From an uncultured Dehalococcoidia bacterium (GTDB lineage Bacteria; Chloroflexota; Dehalococcoidia; SM23-28-2; RBG-16-64-32): 64,000 nucleotides of DNA. The DNA lies in NCBI GenBank assembly GCA_964558415.1, contig CAZLDI010000016.1, positions 538-64,537 of the forward strand, given 5' to 3'. The notes under the pieces were generated by a model. It saw nothing but the letters and a program-made list of their open reading frames with translations, was not told where the DNA came from and did not search any database. Below, piece by piece: positions 56,300 through 64,000 of the stretch (position 1 is the first letter of the stretch; each line of letters begins with the position of its first letter). The translations under genes and the position numbers were made by a program.

Positions 56300-57214
56300 G
56301 TGGCGGGAATCCTCGAAGGCAAGGTCGCGATCGTTACCGGCGCGGGCCGGGGCCTCGGTCGCGTGGAGGCAATGGAGCTCGCCCGCCTCGGCGCGAAGGT
56401 CGTTGTGAACGACCTCGGCGTCGCCGATGACGGCTCGGGCGACGACAAGCGCCCTGCGGAGGCCGTCGTGGACGAGATCAGCGGTGCCGGGGGGCGGGCC
56501 GCCGCCAACTACGAAGACGTCGCCGACTGGAACGGATCGAAGCGTATCGTCGATCAGGCTGTCAGCACGTTTGGCGGGCTCGACATCCTCGTGAACAACG
56601 CGGGCTTCCTGCGCGACAAGATGATCTTCAATATGGAAGAGTCTGAGTGGGACGCTGTGATCCGCGTCCACCTGAAGGGACACTTCTGCATGTCTCGCTG
56701 GGCGACGGCATACTGGCGCGACAGGGCCAAGGAGGCGGACGGGCCCACTTACGGGCGCATCATCAACACCGCGTCCGAGGCGTTTCTGGTCGGCTCGATG
56801 GGGCAGCCCAACTATGCGGCGGCGAAGGCAGGGATCGCCGCGCTCACGATGTCGACAGCGCAGGCCTGTGGCCGTTACGGCGTGACGGCGAACGCGATCT
56901 GCCCACGCGCCCGCACTCGCATGACCGAGACCACAGTCCCGATGTTCGCGAAGCCGGAGCAGGGGTTCGATACGTTCGCACCGGAGAACGTCGCACCGCT
57001 GGTCGGCTTCCTCGCCTCTCCGGCGGCCGAGCGCATCTCGGGACAGGTGTTTGTGGTCTACGGTGGCACCGTGTCGGTGTTGACCGGCCCTCGCCGCGCG
57101 GAGGACTTCCAGACGGATGGCGCCTGGACGGCCGAAACGCTCAGCAACGCGATGGGGCCGTTCTACGAGAAGCGCGAGCCGATCCGCGACGGCTACGTAA
57201 TGCCGTTCGGGTAG
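56300..57214 (+). CDS. SDR family oxidoreductase (3-hydroxyacyl-CoA dehydrogenase-like)
   Basis: TGAGRGLGR cofactor motif and a YAAAKAG catalytic motif. Confidence 0.85.
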   Translation: MAGILEGKVAIVTGAGRGLGRVEAMELARLGAKVVVNDLGVADDGSGDDKRPAEAVVDEISGAGGRAAANYEDVADWNGSKRIVDQAVSTFGGLDILVNNAGFLRDKMIFNMEESEWDAVIRVHLKGHFCMSRWATAYWRDRAKEADGPTYGRIINTASEAFLVGSMGQPNYAAAKAGIAALTMSTAQACGRYGVTANAICPRARTRMTETTVPMFAKPEQGFDTFAPENVAPLVGFLASPAAERISGQVFVVYGGTVSVLTGPRRAEDFQTDGAWTAETLSNAMGPFYEKREPIRDGYVMPFG

Positions 57215-57230
57215 GCGGTGGACAGGCGCA

Positions 57231-57611
57231 GTGGCGAAGAACCTTTCCGACGACGCGCTTCCCGAGCTACGGCGAATATGCCTGGCCCTACCTGAAGCCA
57301 CGGAGAAAGAGGCCTGGGGAGAGCCGACATTCCGCGTGCGCGACAAGATCTTCGCGATGTGCGACAACGACCATCACGGCAGCGGCCATTTCGCGGTCTG
57401 GTGCAAGGCGGCGCCGGAGACGCAGGACCTGCTGGTACATGCCGATCCGGCACGCTTCTTCGTGCCGCCGTACGTGGGGCACAAGGGGTGGATCGGGATC
57501 CGCCTCAATGATCGCGCGGTCGATTGGGCGGTAGTGACGGAGCTGGCGACAGACGCCTATCGCCTGATTGCGCCAAAGCGGCTGATCGCGGTGCTGGACG
57601 CAACAGGGTAG
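57231..57611 (+). CDS. MmcQ/YjbR family DNA-binding protein
   Basis: 126 aa with the YjbR-like pattern PEATEKEAWGEPTFRVRDKIFAM. Confidence 0.65.
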   Translation: MAKNLSDDALPELRRICLALPEATEKEAWGEPTFRVRDKIFAMCDNDHHGSGHFAVWCKAAPETQDLLVHADPARFFVPPYVGHKGWIGIRLNDRAVDWAVVTELATDAYRLIAPKRLIAVLDATG

Positions 57612-57749
57612 AGGCGGGCGACAGGGAAGCGGAAGAGTAGTCGCCAGGCGGACCATTCGGGCGAGGCACGCGGGACGCGTCCTTCAGCGGTCGAGTCGAG
57701 GTGAGCAGACAGCACAATAATCTCCGCGCGTTTGTTGGCTGCCTCGCCC

Positions 57750-58142
57750 CTACGCCGGGACGAATACCGGCAGCGGTTGCCTTCCGGTGTCGTCCCATTC
57801 GATGCGTACGCGGTCGCCGATGCCGGCTCGCTCCGCGCCTCTAAGTTGCGCAACCAGGCGCGGCCCCTCCTCCATCTCCACCAGCAGCACCGTGTAAGGC
57901 GCCGGAAACGCCGGATGGGTCTGGTGGTGGACAACGGTGAAGCTGTACACCGTGCCGCGTCCGGACGAAGGCATCCACTCGAAGTCGAAGGAGAGGCACT
58001 CTGGACAGAGGGGGCCGATGGGGTAGCGCACTGTGCGGCAGGCGGCGCAATGCTGGAACACCAGCTCGCGCCGCGAAGCGGCGTCCCAGAAGGGCGCGGT
58101 GTCGCGGTCAGGGAGCGGGAACGGGCGCGGTACGTACGTCAT
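57750..58142 (-). CDS. DUF35 OB-fold/zinc-ribbon protein
   Basis: Zinc ribbon CAACRTVRYP...CPEC and an OB fold. It is translationally coupled to the upstream thiolase-like gene. Confidence 0.7.
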   Translation of the reverse strand: MTYVPRPFPLPDRDTAPFWDAASRRELVFQHCAACRTVRYPIGPLCPECLSFDFEWMPSSGRGTVYSFTVVHHQTHPAFPAPYTVLLVEMEEGPRLVAQLRGAERAGIGDRVRIEWDDTGRQPLPVFVPA

Positions 58143-59305
58143 CAGTAGGCGTCCCGCGAAAGGATCACGCCGCTGGTTGGCACCGCCGTACCGCTTGTCA
58201 CCAGGCCGATCCTGGGGTTGCGTGCCTGGTTGACGGCGGTGCCTCGCAGCTGTCGGACACCTTCCACGATGTGGCCGAAGCCGTGGAGGTAGCCCTCACC
58301 CAGGTGCCCTCCGTGTGTGTTGAGGGGCATGTCACCGTCCAGCTCCAGCCGGCCGTCGCGGAATAGCGAAGGCGCCTGGCCGCTCCCCGCGAAGCCATAG
58401 GCCTCGAGCGCCATCAGGACAAGCGGCGTGAAGTGGTCGTAGATCAGCGCGACGTCAATGTCCTTCGGCTCAAGCCCAGCGGTGCGGTACAGCTCGCGAC
58501 CGGTCGCCTCTGCCTCCTCCAACCGGGTGAGGCTCTTACGCTGGTAGCTGGTCATCATCTCTGTGCGGCTGCCCGTCCCCTGCGCCGCCGCCGCTATATA
58601 TACGGGCTTCCCACGCAGCCGTTTCGCCCCTTCTGCCGAGACGACGATCGCGGCGCAGGCGCCGTCTGTGTCGAGCGTGCAATCAAGGAGGCGCAGCGGC
58701 TCCGCTATCCAGCGGGAGGTCTGGTGTTCCTCCATGGTGATGGGACGCTGGTACATCATCGCGTGCGGGTTCGTCGCCGCGTGCTTGCGCGTGAGAACTG
58801 ACACCAGGCCGAACGCCTCCGTGGTGTGGCCGAACTCGTGGAGGTAGCGCTGGCCGAACATCGCGACCCATTGGGCGGGTGTGACGAGCCCCTGCGGCAA
58901 GTAGTACTGCATCCAGCTGCTGAGCCCGCCGCCCGCACTCGACTCCCCGAAGCGCCGCTCAGATCGCTCATTCAGCGAACGGAACACGACAACCACGTCA
59001 GCCATGCCGGACGTTACGGCAGCGACGGCGCTGGCGACCGTGCCGCAGGCCGCGCCGCCTCCGTGCGGGATCTCGCTGAAGAAGCGCAGGTTCGGGATGT
59101 TGAGCGAACGCAGCAGGTCGATTTCGAAGAGGTCATCGTTGGCACGCATCTTAACGACGCCGTCGATATCCTTTGGCTCCAGGCCGGCGTCAGCGAGGGC
59201 CTCGAGGATCACCTCCAGGGCCATGCGCAGCGTGCTGCGACCGGAGTCCTTCGAGAACTCCGTCTGACCGATGCCGACGATCGCCGCGCGGTTGCGGATC
59301 GTCAT
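58142..59305 (-). CDS. Ltp2/SCP2-type thiolase-like protein
   Basis: 387 aa thiolase-like protein. Its ATGA junction with the upstream ACAD indicates operon membership. Confidence 0.8.
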   Translation of the reverse strand: MTIRNRAAIVGIGQTEFSKDSGRSTLRMALEVILEALADAGLEPKDIDGVVKMRANDDLFEIDLLRSLNIPNLRFFSEIPHGGGAACGTVASAVAAVTSGMADVVVVFRSLNERSERRFGESSAGGGLSSWMQYYLPQGLVTPAQWVAMFGQRYLHEFGHTTEAFGLVSVLTRKHAATNPHAMMYQRPITMEEHQTSRWIAEPLRLLDCTLDTDGACAAIVVSAEGAKRLRGKPVYIAAAAQGTGSRTEMMTSYQRKSLTRLEEAEATGRELYRTAGLEPKDIDVALIYDHFTPLVLMALEAYGFAGSGQAPSLFRDGRLELDGDMPLNTHGGHLGEGYLHGFGHIVEGVRQLRGTAVNQARNPRIGLVTSGTAVPTSGVILSRDAY

Positions 59306-60417
59306 CAGACGCTGACGCGAGTCGCGCCAAGACCGAGGGTACTGAGCGTGCGGTTCACCATCTCGTTAATCGAGCCGTTGCGCGCCGCGAAGCCGGTAAG
59401 ACCCTGCGTGTAGAGGTGCAGCGGGTATTCCATGCCCACGCCGATGCCGCCGTGCAGCAGATGAGTCCATTCGTAGACCTTCTGCGAGGCGCGGATGGCC
59501 CAATGCTTGGCCAGCCAGAGTTCCGAGGCGTCGGCGTCCTGTTCGTACCGCCAGATAGCGTGGTAGGCGGCCCAACGCGTGCTCTGCGCCTGCATCAGGA
59601 TATCCGCGGCATGGTGACGGGCGGCCTGGAACTTCGCGATAGGCTGGCCGAACTGCACGCGGTTGGAGATGTACTCCGCGGTGATCTCCATCACGCGCTG
59701 GAGCATGCCGGAGAGCTCCATCAGGCCGAGCGCCGTCTGGAGCGCGTCACAGCGGTCGTGCAGAGCCGCGGCCTTGTCTCCGACAGCCAGTTTCAGTTCG
59801 ATGTTGGCTCCGTCCAGACTGACATCTGCGTAGCCCAGACGGTCCGTGTGGTGAACCACCTCGCGACGGGCGGCTTCGAGCGAGACGAGGGCAACGGCGT
59901 CGGTCCCGTCGGCGGAGACGGGAGCAATGACGAAGTCGGCGTTCTCGCCGCAAGGAACACTCGCGAGCCGGCCGCTCACCTTCTCGGCGATCAGCTCCGG
60001 CAACGGAATGCCAGTTGCCCCGGTGTTCGACTCGCGTCCGCGACGTCGAGTTGTCTCAGCCACGGTGTACAGCTTGCGGCCGGCAACCAGGTCAGGAAGG
60101 TAGCCGTCCGCACCCGGCACGCCGGTCAACAGGGCCGCCGCTACGTTGCTCACTGTGATCGGCGCCGGGACTCCCGCGTAACCGATCTCTTCCGCGACGA
60201 CTGCAGTTTCGAGCAGCGATAGTCCTCCACCTCCGGCGGATTCGGGTGCAAGCAGGCCGAGCCAGCCCAGATCAGCGAACTCCTTGAGGTCCGCGGCGGA
60301 AAGCTGCGCATCGCCGTCCTCCAGAGCGTACAGACGGTCGACCGGGAACTTGTCCCTCAGGTAGGAGCGGGCCGTATCGCGAAGTAGCTTCTGGGTCTCG
60401 GAGTCGGCGTAACGCAC
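59305..60417 (-). CDS. acyl-CoA dehydrogenase family protein lacking canonical C-terminal catalytic Glu (FadE28-like beta subunit?)
   Basis: 370 aa with an ACAD fold. LHLYTQGLTGF replaces the IYEGT motif. Confidence 0.75.
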   Translation of the reverse strand: MRYADSETQKLLRDTARSYLRDKFPVDRLYALEDGDAQLSAADLKEFADLGWLGLLAPESAGGGGLSLLETAVVAEEIGYAGVPAPITVSNVAAALLTGVPGADGYLPDLVAGRKLYTVAETTRRRGRESNTGATGIPLPELIAEKVSGRLASVPCGENADFVIAPVSADGTDAVALVSLEAARREVVHHTDRLGYADVSLDGANIELKLAVGDKAAALHDRCDALQTALGLMELSGMLQRVMEITAEYISNRVQFGQPIAKFQAARHHAADILMQAQSTRWAAYHAIWRYEQDADASELWLAKHWAIRASQKVYEWTHLLHGGIGVGMEYPLHLYTQGLTGFAARNGSINEMVNRTLSTLGLGATRVSV

Positions 60418-60420
60418 CGG

Positions 60421-61578
60421 CTATCTCGCGAGGCCGAGGCCGTGCGTGGCCATGATGTCTCGCTGCACGTCGTTGCTGCCGCCGCCGAAGATCAGCACCA
60501 ACGAGGACTTGAGCGCGCGCTCGATCTGTCCGCTCAGCCGCTCACCCGGACTGCCTCGCTTGATCAGGCCGGAGGCGCCGAGCATCTGCAGCGCGTCGTT
60601 CAGCATCCGCACCTGCATCTCGCTGGACTGCACTTTGAGCAGCGACGCCTCGTAGTAGGGGACTTCGCCGTCGTGGACCATTGCTGCCATCTTCAGGTCC
60701 ATCACCTTGAGGGTGTTGAGGTCTGCCGCTATCTCCACGAGCTTGGAGGCTGTCCAGCCTTCGTCTTCGGCGAGCCCCTCCGCACGGAACAGGTCGCAGA
60801 GGGCGTCGAAGACGCGCTCGATGTGGGGTATCGGGCTGATGGCGATGCGCTCGAAGTCAAGCTGCGTCGTGATGTAGCGCCAGCCGGCGTTTTCCTCGCC
60901 GACGAGCGCGTTCAACGGCACGCGGACGTTATCGTAGAAGGTGATGTTCGTGCGGTAGCCACCCATCGTGCGGAAGGGGCGAATCTCCACGCCCTCGGCA
61001 TCGAGAGGGCAGATCAGGATCGAGATGCCCCGGTGCTTCGGCGCATCCGGGTCAGTGCGCACCGCCAGCCAGACGTAGTCCGAGTGGTGCGCTCCGGAAG
61101 TGAAGACTTTCTGGCCGTTGATCACGTAGTTGTCGCCATCGCGGACGGCCCGTGTCTGGAGGGCGGCGAGATCGGTCCCCGCGCCGGGCTCGCTGTAGCC
61201 GATTGCGAACTCGACCTCGGCGCGCAGGATCTTCGGCAGGTACTCCTTCTTCTGCTCCTCGCTACCGATGCGCATCAGCGTGGGGCCGACGGTGTTGAGG
61301 GTGACGACAGGCACGGGCAGGCGGCGGTACATCATCTCGTAGTTGAAGGAGTGCAGGTACCAGAGCGACCTACCGCCGCCCCCGTACTCAACGGGCCAGC
61401 CGAGCCCGAAGTAGCCGTCCTCGCCGAGCGTGCGCCAGAAGGCCTTGGTGAGCGGCCCGGTCGTCTCGCCGCCCGTGCTCTCCATCTCTTTGCGAAGGTC
61501 CGGCGTGACGACGGAGTCCAGGTATTTCCCGAACTCCCTTCGCCAGGCCAGCACTTCCGTTGGGTACTGAAAGTCCAT
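60421..61578 (-). CDS. acyl-CoA dehydrogenase (alpha subunit-like; LIFGGGSNDVQRD in place of IYEGTSEIQR)
   Basis: 385 aa with the full ACAD pattern. It is the first gene of a minus-strand operon. Confidence 0.85.
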   Translation of the reverse strand: MDFQYPTEVLAWRREFGKYLDSVVTPDLRKEMESTGGETTGPLTKAFWRTLGEDGYFGLGWPVEYGGGGRSLWYLHSFNYEMMYRRLPVPVVTLNTVGPTLMRIGSEEQKKEYLPKILRAEVEFAIGYSEPGAGTDLAALQTRAVRDGDNYVINGQKVFTSGAHHSDYVWLAVRTDPDAPKHRGISILICPLDAEGVEIRPFRTMGGYRTNITFYDNVRVPLNALVGEENAGWRYITTQLDFERIAISPIPHIERVFDALCDLFRAEGLAEDEGWTASKLVEIAADLNTLKVMDLKMAAMVHDGEVPYYEASLLKVQSSEMQVRMLNDALQMLGASGLIKRGSPGERLSGQIERALKSSLVLIFGGGSNDVQRDIMATHGLGLAR

Positions 61579-61590
61579 GATTATGCTGCC

Positions 61591-61604
61591 AAACGCTTGT
61601 TTGT
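61591..61604. promoter_or_regulatory. second copy of the AAACG[T/C]TTGTTTGT operator-like motif, 13 bp upstream of the ACAD start codon
   Basis: AAACGCTTGTTTGT has one mismatch relative to 55035-55048. It lies in the divergent region between the ACAD operon (-) and the MaoC pair (+). Confidence 0.35.
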
Positions 61605-61667
61605 GTGGAGACGATTATGCACGGTGAAACGCTGGACTTCAATCCGATATCTCCGTAGGCTTTACGC

Positions 61668-62183
61668 ATGCCCACGATCACCGACGCACACCGAGCGCTT
61701 GTCGAGCGCGAGACCGAGCCGCGCACCGCGCCCTACGCCATCAACGAGGTGATGGCGCGCTTCTGGTGCGAGATGGTGGAGGATGCGAACCCCGTCTACT
61801 TCGACGAGACGTACGCGGGCGGGACGTGGCTGCAGGGCCGCTTCGCGCCGCCGGCGATGTTGTTCACGTGGGGGATGCAGCCTGTCTGGGCGGAGACCGC
61901 ACGCCCGCCGAGCATGGTCTCGCGGCTGGAACTGGACGGCTGCACAAACACGGTCGCCGTCAACTCTGTGCAGGACTATCACGTGCCGCTTCGCTACGGC
62001 GACACGCTGACGATCACGCACCAGCTCACGTCCATCAGCGACGAGAAGACGACGCGGCTGGGCTGCGGGCACTTCGTGAGCACGAAAGACACCTTTCGGA
62101 ACCAGTCCGGCGAGGTGGTGGGGACACATACGTTTACGCTCTTCATCTACCGGCCCGCGCCCGGCGAGGCCAGCGCGAAGTGA
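61668..62183 (+). CDS. hotdog-fold hydratase subunit (HadA/ChsH1-like)
   Basis: 171 aa with a MaoC-like N-terminal hotdog domain. It is paired with the downstream MaoC gene. Confidence 0.65.
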   Translation: MPTITDAHRALVERETEPRTAPYAINEVMARFWCEMVEDANPVYFDETYAGGTWLQGRFAPPAMLFTWGMQPVWAETARPPSMVSRLELDGCTNTVAVNSVQDYHVPLRYGDTLTITHQLTSISDEKTTRLGCGHFVSTKDTFRNQSGEVVGTHTFTLFIYRPAPGEASAK

Positions 62184-62593
62184 ACTGGAATGCCGGAGAC
62201 AGGCTCGCGCGCATCTCCCTGCCGCTGACGCTGCGGCGGGCGGTGCAGGCGGTGGCAGGCACGCGTGACTACTACCCGGTACATCACGACGAGCAGTTCG
62301 CGAGGGAGAGCGGCGCGGAGGGGATCTTCTTCAATACGATGTTCCTGCAGGCGTTCGCGGGGCGGGCAGCCTGCGAGTGGTTCGGGAACGATGCCTTCTT
62401 GCGGCGCATGGAGGTCGCGATGCGCGGTCCCAACTACGTCGGCAAGACGCTGTATGCCGAGGGGACCGTGGCAGCCGTGCGCGCAGCGGACGGGCGGACG
62501 CTGCTGGATGCGGACGTCACGCTAGGCACAGAGGACGGGCCGACGACGGACGTCAAGCTAACGGTGCAGTTGCCGGCCGTGAGCGCCCAATAG
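62180..62593 (+). CDS. MaoC-like (R)-specific enoyl-CoA hydratase subunit (HadB/ChsH2-like, no DUF35 tail)
   Basis: GTG 62180 overlaps the upstream stop. 138 aa with a MaoC active-site region (YYPVHHDEQFARESG). Confidence 0.7.
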   Translation: MNWNAGDRLARISLPLTLRRAVQAVAGTRDYYPVHHDEQFARESGAEGIFFNTMFLQAFAGRAACEWFGNDAFLRRMEVAMRGPNYVGKTLYAEGTVAAVRAADGRTLLDADVTLGTEDGPTTDVKLTVQLPAVSAQ

Positions 62594-62609
62594 GCCCAAA
62601 GGAGGCTAA

Positions 62610-62882
62610 ATGCTGTTCATGGTGATAGAGCGATTCAAGAACCGAGATGCGAAGCCGGTCTATCGACGGCTCCGAGACGAGGGCCGCAGCCTGCCCGATG
62701 GGTTGGCGTACGTCGGGAGCTGGGTCGAGGCGAATTTCGACCGCTGTTTTCAGCTGATGGAGTGTGAGGACGCCCGGCTCCTGCAGGAATGGGCTCTCAA
62801 GTGCCAGGACCTCGGTGAATTCGAGTTCGTACCGGTGGTTCCCTCAAAGGAGACCGTGGAGATGATCACCCCGCTGCTCTGA
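62610..62882 (+). CDS. DUF3303-like small protein
   Basis: 90 aa starting MLFMVIERF, recalled as a DUF3303 signature. Confidence 0.5.
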   Translation: MLFMVIERFKNRDAKPVYRRLRDEGRSLPDGLAYVGSWVEANFDRCFQLMECEDARLLQEWALKCQDLGEFEFVPVVPSKETVEMITPLL

Positions 62883-63349
62883 TGCCTGACGAACTGCAAC
62901 GACTCTCCGACCTCGAAGCCATCCGCGATCTCGCGCGGCGGTATGCGCACTGCGTCTGGCAGAAGGACCCTGAAGGATGCGCGGCGCTGTTCACGGAAGA
63001 CTGCGAGATGGACGCGGGACTGGGCGGGACGCCGATCCTGGGGCGCGAGGCGATGGTGAAGGTCTACGGCCGCACGTTCCCGAACGTAGACCTGCAGCCG
63101 TTCGTGCACAACCACATAGTCGAACTCGCGGGGGACAGCGCTACCGGCACCGTGTACCTGGACCTTCGGGCGACGATGGACGGCAGGGCGATGATCGGCT
63201 CCGGCTACTACGAAGACCGCTACGTGCGCACGCCGGAGGGCTGGCGATTCAAGTCCAGGAAGCTGACTCTGCGCTTCCTCGTACCGCTCAGCGAGGGCTG
63301 GGCGAAGTCAGGATACGAAGTTCGGCAATCGGAGGAAGCCGGGGAGTAA
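62882..63349 (+). CDS. SnoaL-like/NTF2-like domain protein
   Basis: 155 aa. N-terminal LSDLEAIRDLARRYAHCVWQKD is typical of the SnoaL_4/DUF4440 group. Confidence 0.6.
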   Translation: MPDELQRLSDLEAIRDLARRYAHCVWQKDPEGCAALFTEDCEMDAGLGGTPILGREAMVKVYGRTFPNVDLQPFVHNHIVELAGDSATGTVYLDLRATMDGRAMIGSGYYEDRYVRTPEGWRFKSRKLTLRFLVPLSEGWAKSGYEVRQSEEAGE

Positions 63350-63353
63350 TGTA

Positions 63354-63986
63354 TTATCTGATGGCGGCCAGCGCGCGCCGGCGCAACAAGTCGCGGAGCT
63401 CACGCCCACCTTCCTCCAAACGAAGCTGAGCGAGTTCCCCTGGCGTTCGACCGCTGACGAAATCGGTGCGGTCTGATATTCGAATCAAGCCGGGAGACCC
63501 GGAAAGGTTGGACCCTAGGATAACGTCTTTCAGAAAATCGTAGAACGCTCGCTGTCGATGTCGGCACTCGCCGGGTGATGTCGGACACCTGAACTGTTCA
63601 TGAGCGGAGCGGTTGTGTGCCCGCCCGGATCCCTCCGGCATTGGGAAGGTACCACAGACAGCCAAATACGCGGATCGGTCGAACCCAACCTTGATTTCCG
63701 AGTAGATAGGAGACTCTAGCGTCGCCTTCCGGAACGTGGAGAAATGGAGAACTTCGTCGTACTCCACTACGAAGGATCGCCCGTCTACATCAATACAGTC
63801 ATCTGAGCCGAGACGCTTAACAAGTGAGGTAAGGCGTGATCGCGACATATCTCCGATTCCGCCGATCTTCCGGAAGACGTTGCCCACTTCGCGAATTACC
63901 GGATCCGGCAGGACCTCTGCCGCTTGGGTCCCGAAGATCGAGAATTTGAAGGGAGTGCTCAAAGTTATCTCGGGATCTTGACACAC
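63354..63986 (-). CDS. hypothetical protein (lower-GC patch at window end)
   Basis: 210 aa ORF. Local GC appears lower. No family recognised. Confidence 0.35.
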   Translation of the reverse strand: MCQDPEITLSTPFKFSIFGTQAAEVLPDPVIREVGNVFRKIGGIGDMSRSRLTSLVKRLGSDDCIDVDGRSFVVEYDEVLHFSTFRKATLESPIYSEIKVGFDRSAYLAVCGTFPMPEGSGRAHNRSAHEQFRCPTSPGECRHRQRAFYDFLKDVILGSNLSGSPGLIRISDRTDFVSGRTPGELAQLRLEEGGRELRDLLRRRALAAIR

Positions 63987-64000
63987 AGCTTGGACGAACG

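Noticed and set aside
57728-57737. GCGTTTGTTG half-site resembling the operator motif downstream of the DUF35 gene
   Set aside because: It is only a half-site at an operon 3' end, not in a promoter. It is likely chance.
60442-61752. 436-aa plus-strand ORF opposite the ACAD at 60421..61578
   Set aside because: It is antisense to a clear ACAD and runs through the operator-containing intergenic region.

Overview
High-GC (~65-70%) bacterial chromosomal segment, most likely Chloroflexota or Actinobacteria judging by gene content. Two F420-type LLM oxidoreductases, an MMPL transporter, and several thiolase/DUF35/MaoC/acyl-CoA dehydrogenase modules point that way. Most of the window is ordinary lipid/steroid-type beta-oxidation and envelope genes. 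The standout is a 10-gene minus-strand operon (9739..18277) encoding an archaeal-type flagellum (archaellum). It carries four tandem archaellin paralogs with class-III signal peptides. Downstream follow a FlaD/E-like protein, FlaF-like and FlaG-like proteins, FlaH, FlaI and FlaJ, in euryarchaeal gene order. A bacterial M23/LysM peptidoglycan hydrolase is translationally coupled to its end. The locus is flanked by typical bacterial genes: MoxR/DUF58/transglutaminase, MFS and MMPL. A second accessory patch of lower GC (about 21.2-25.9 kb) carries a C5-cytosine methyltransferase, a putative restriction endonuclease and a Mig-like HhH-GPD mismatch glycosylase. It also holds an MNT nucleotidyltransferase plus a HicAB cassette, bracketed by an 70-85 bp direct duplication of the 3' end of the adjacent malic enzyme gene. 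The remainder includes two TetR-type operator candidates sharing the 14-mer AAACG[T/C]TTGTTTGT in fatty-acid-degradation promoters, and an igr-like module (ACAD pair + MaoC pair + thiolase + DUF35). No rRNA, tRNA or CRISPR was detected by eye. Many long antisense ORFs in the track are high-GC artefacts.
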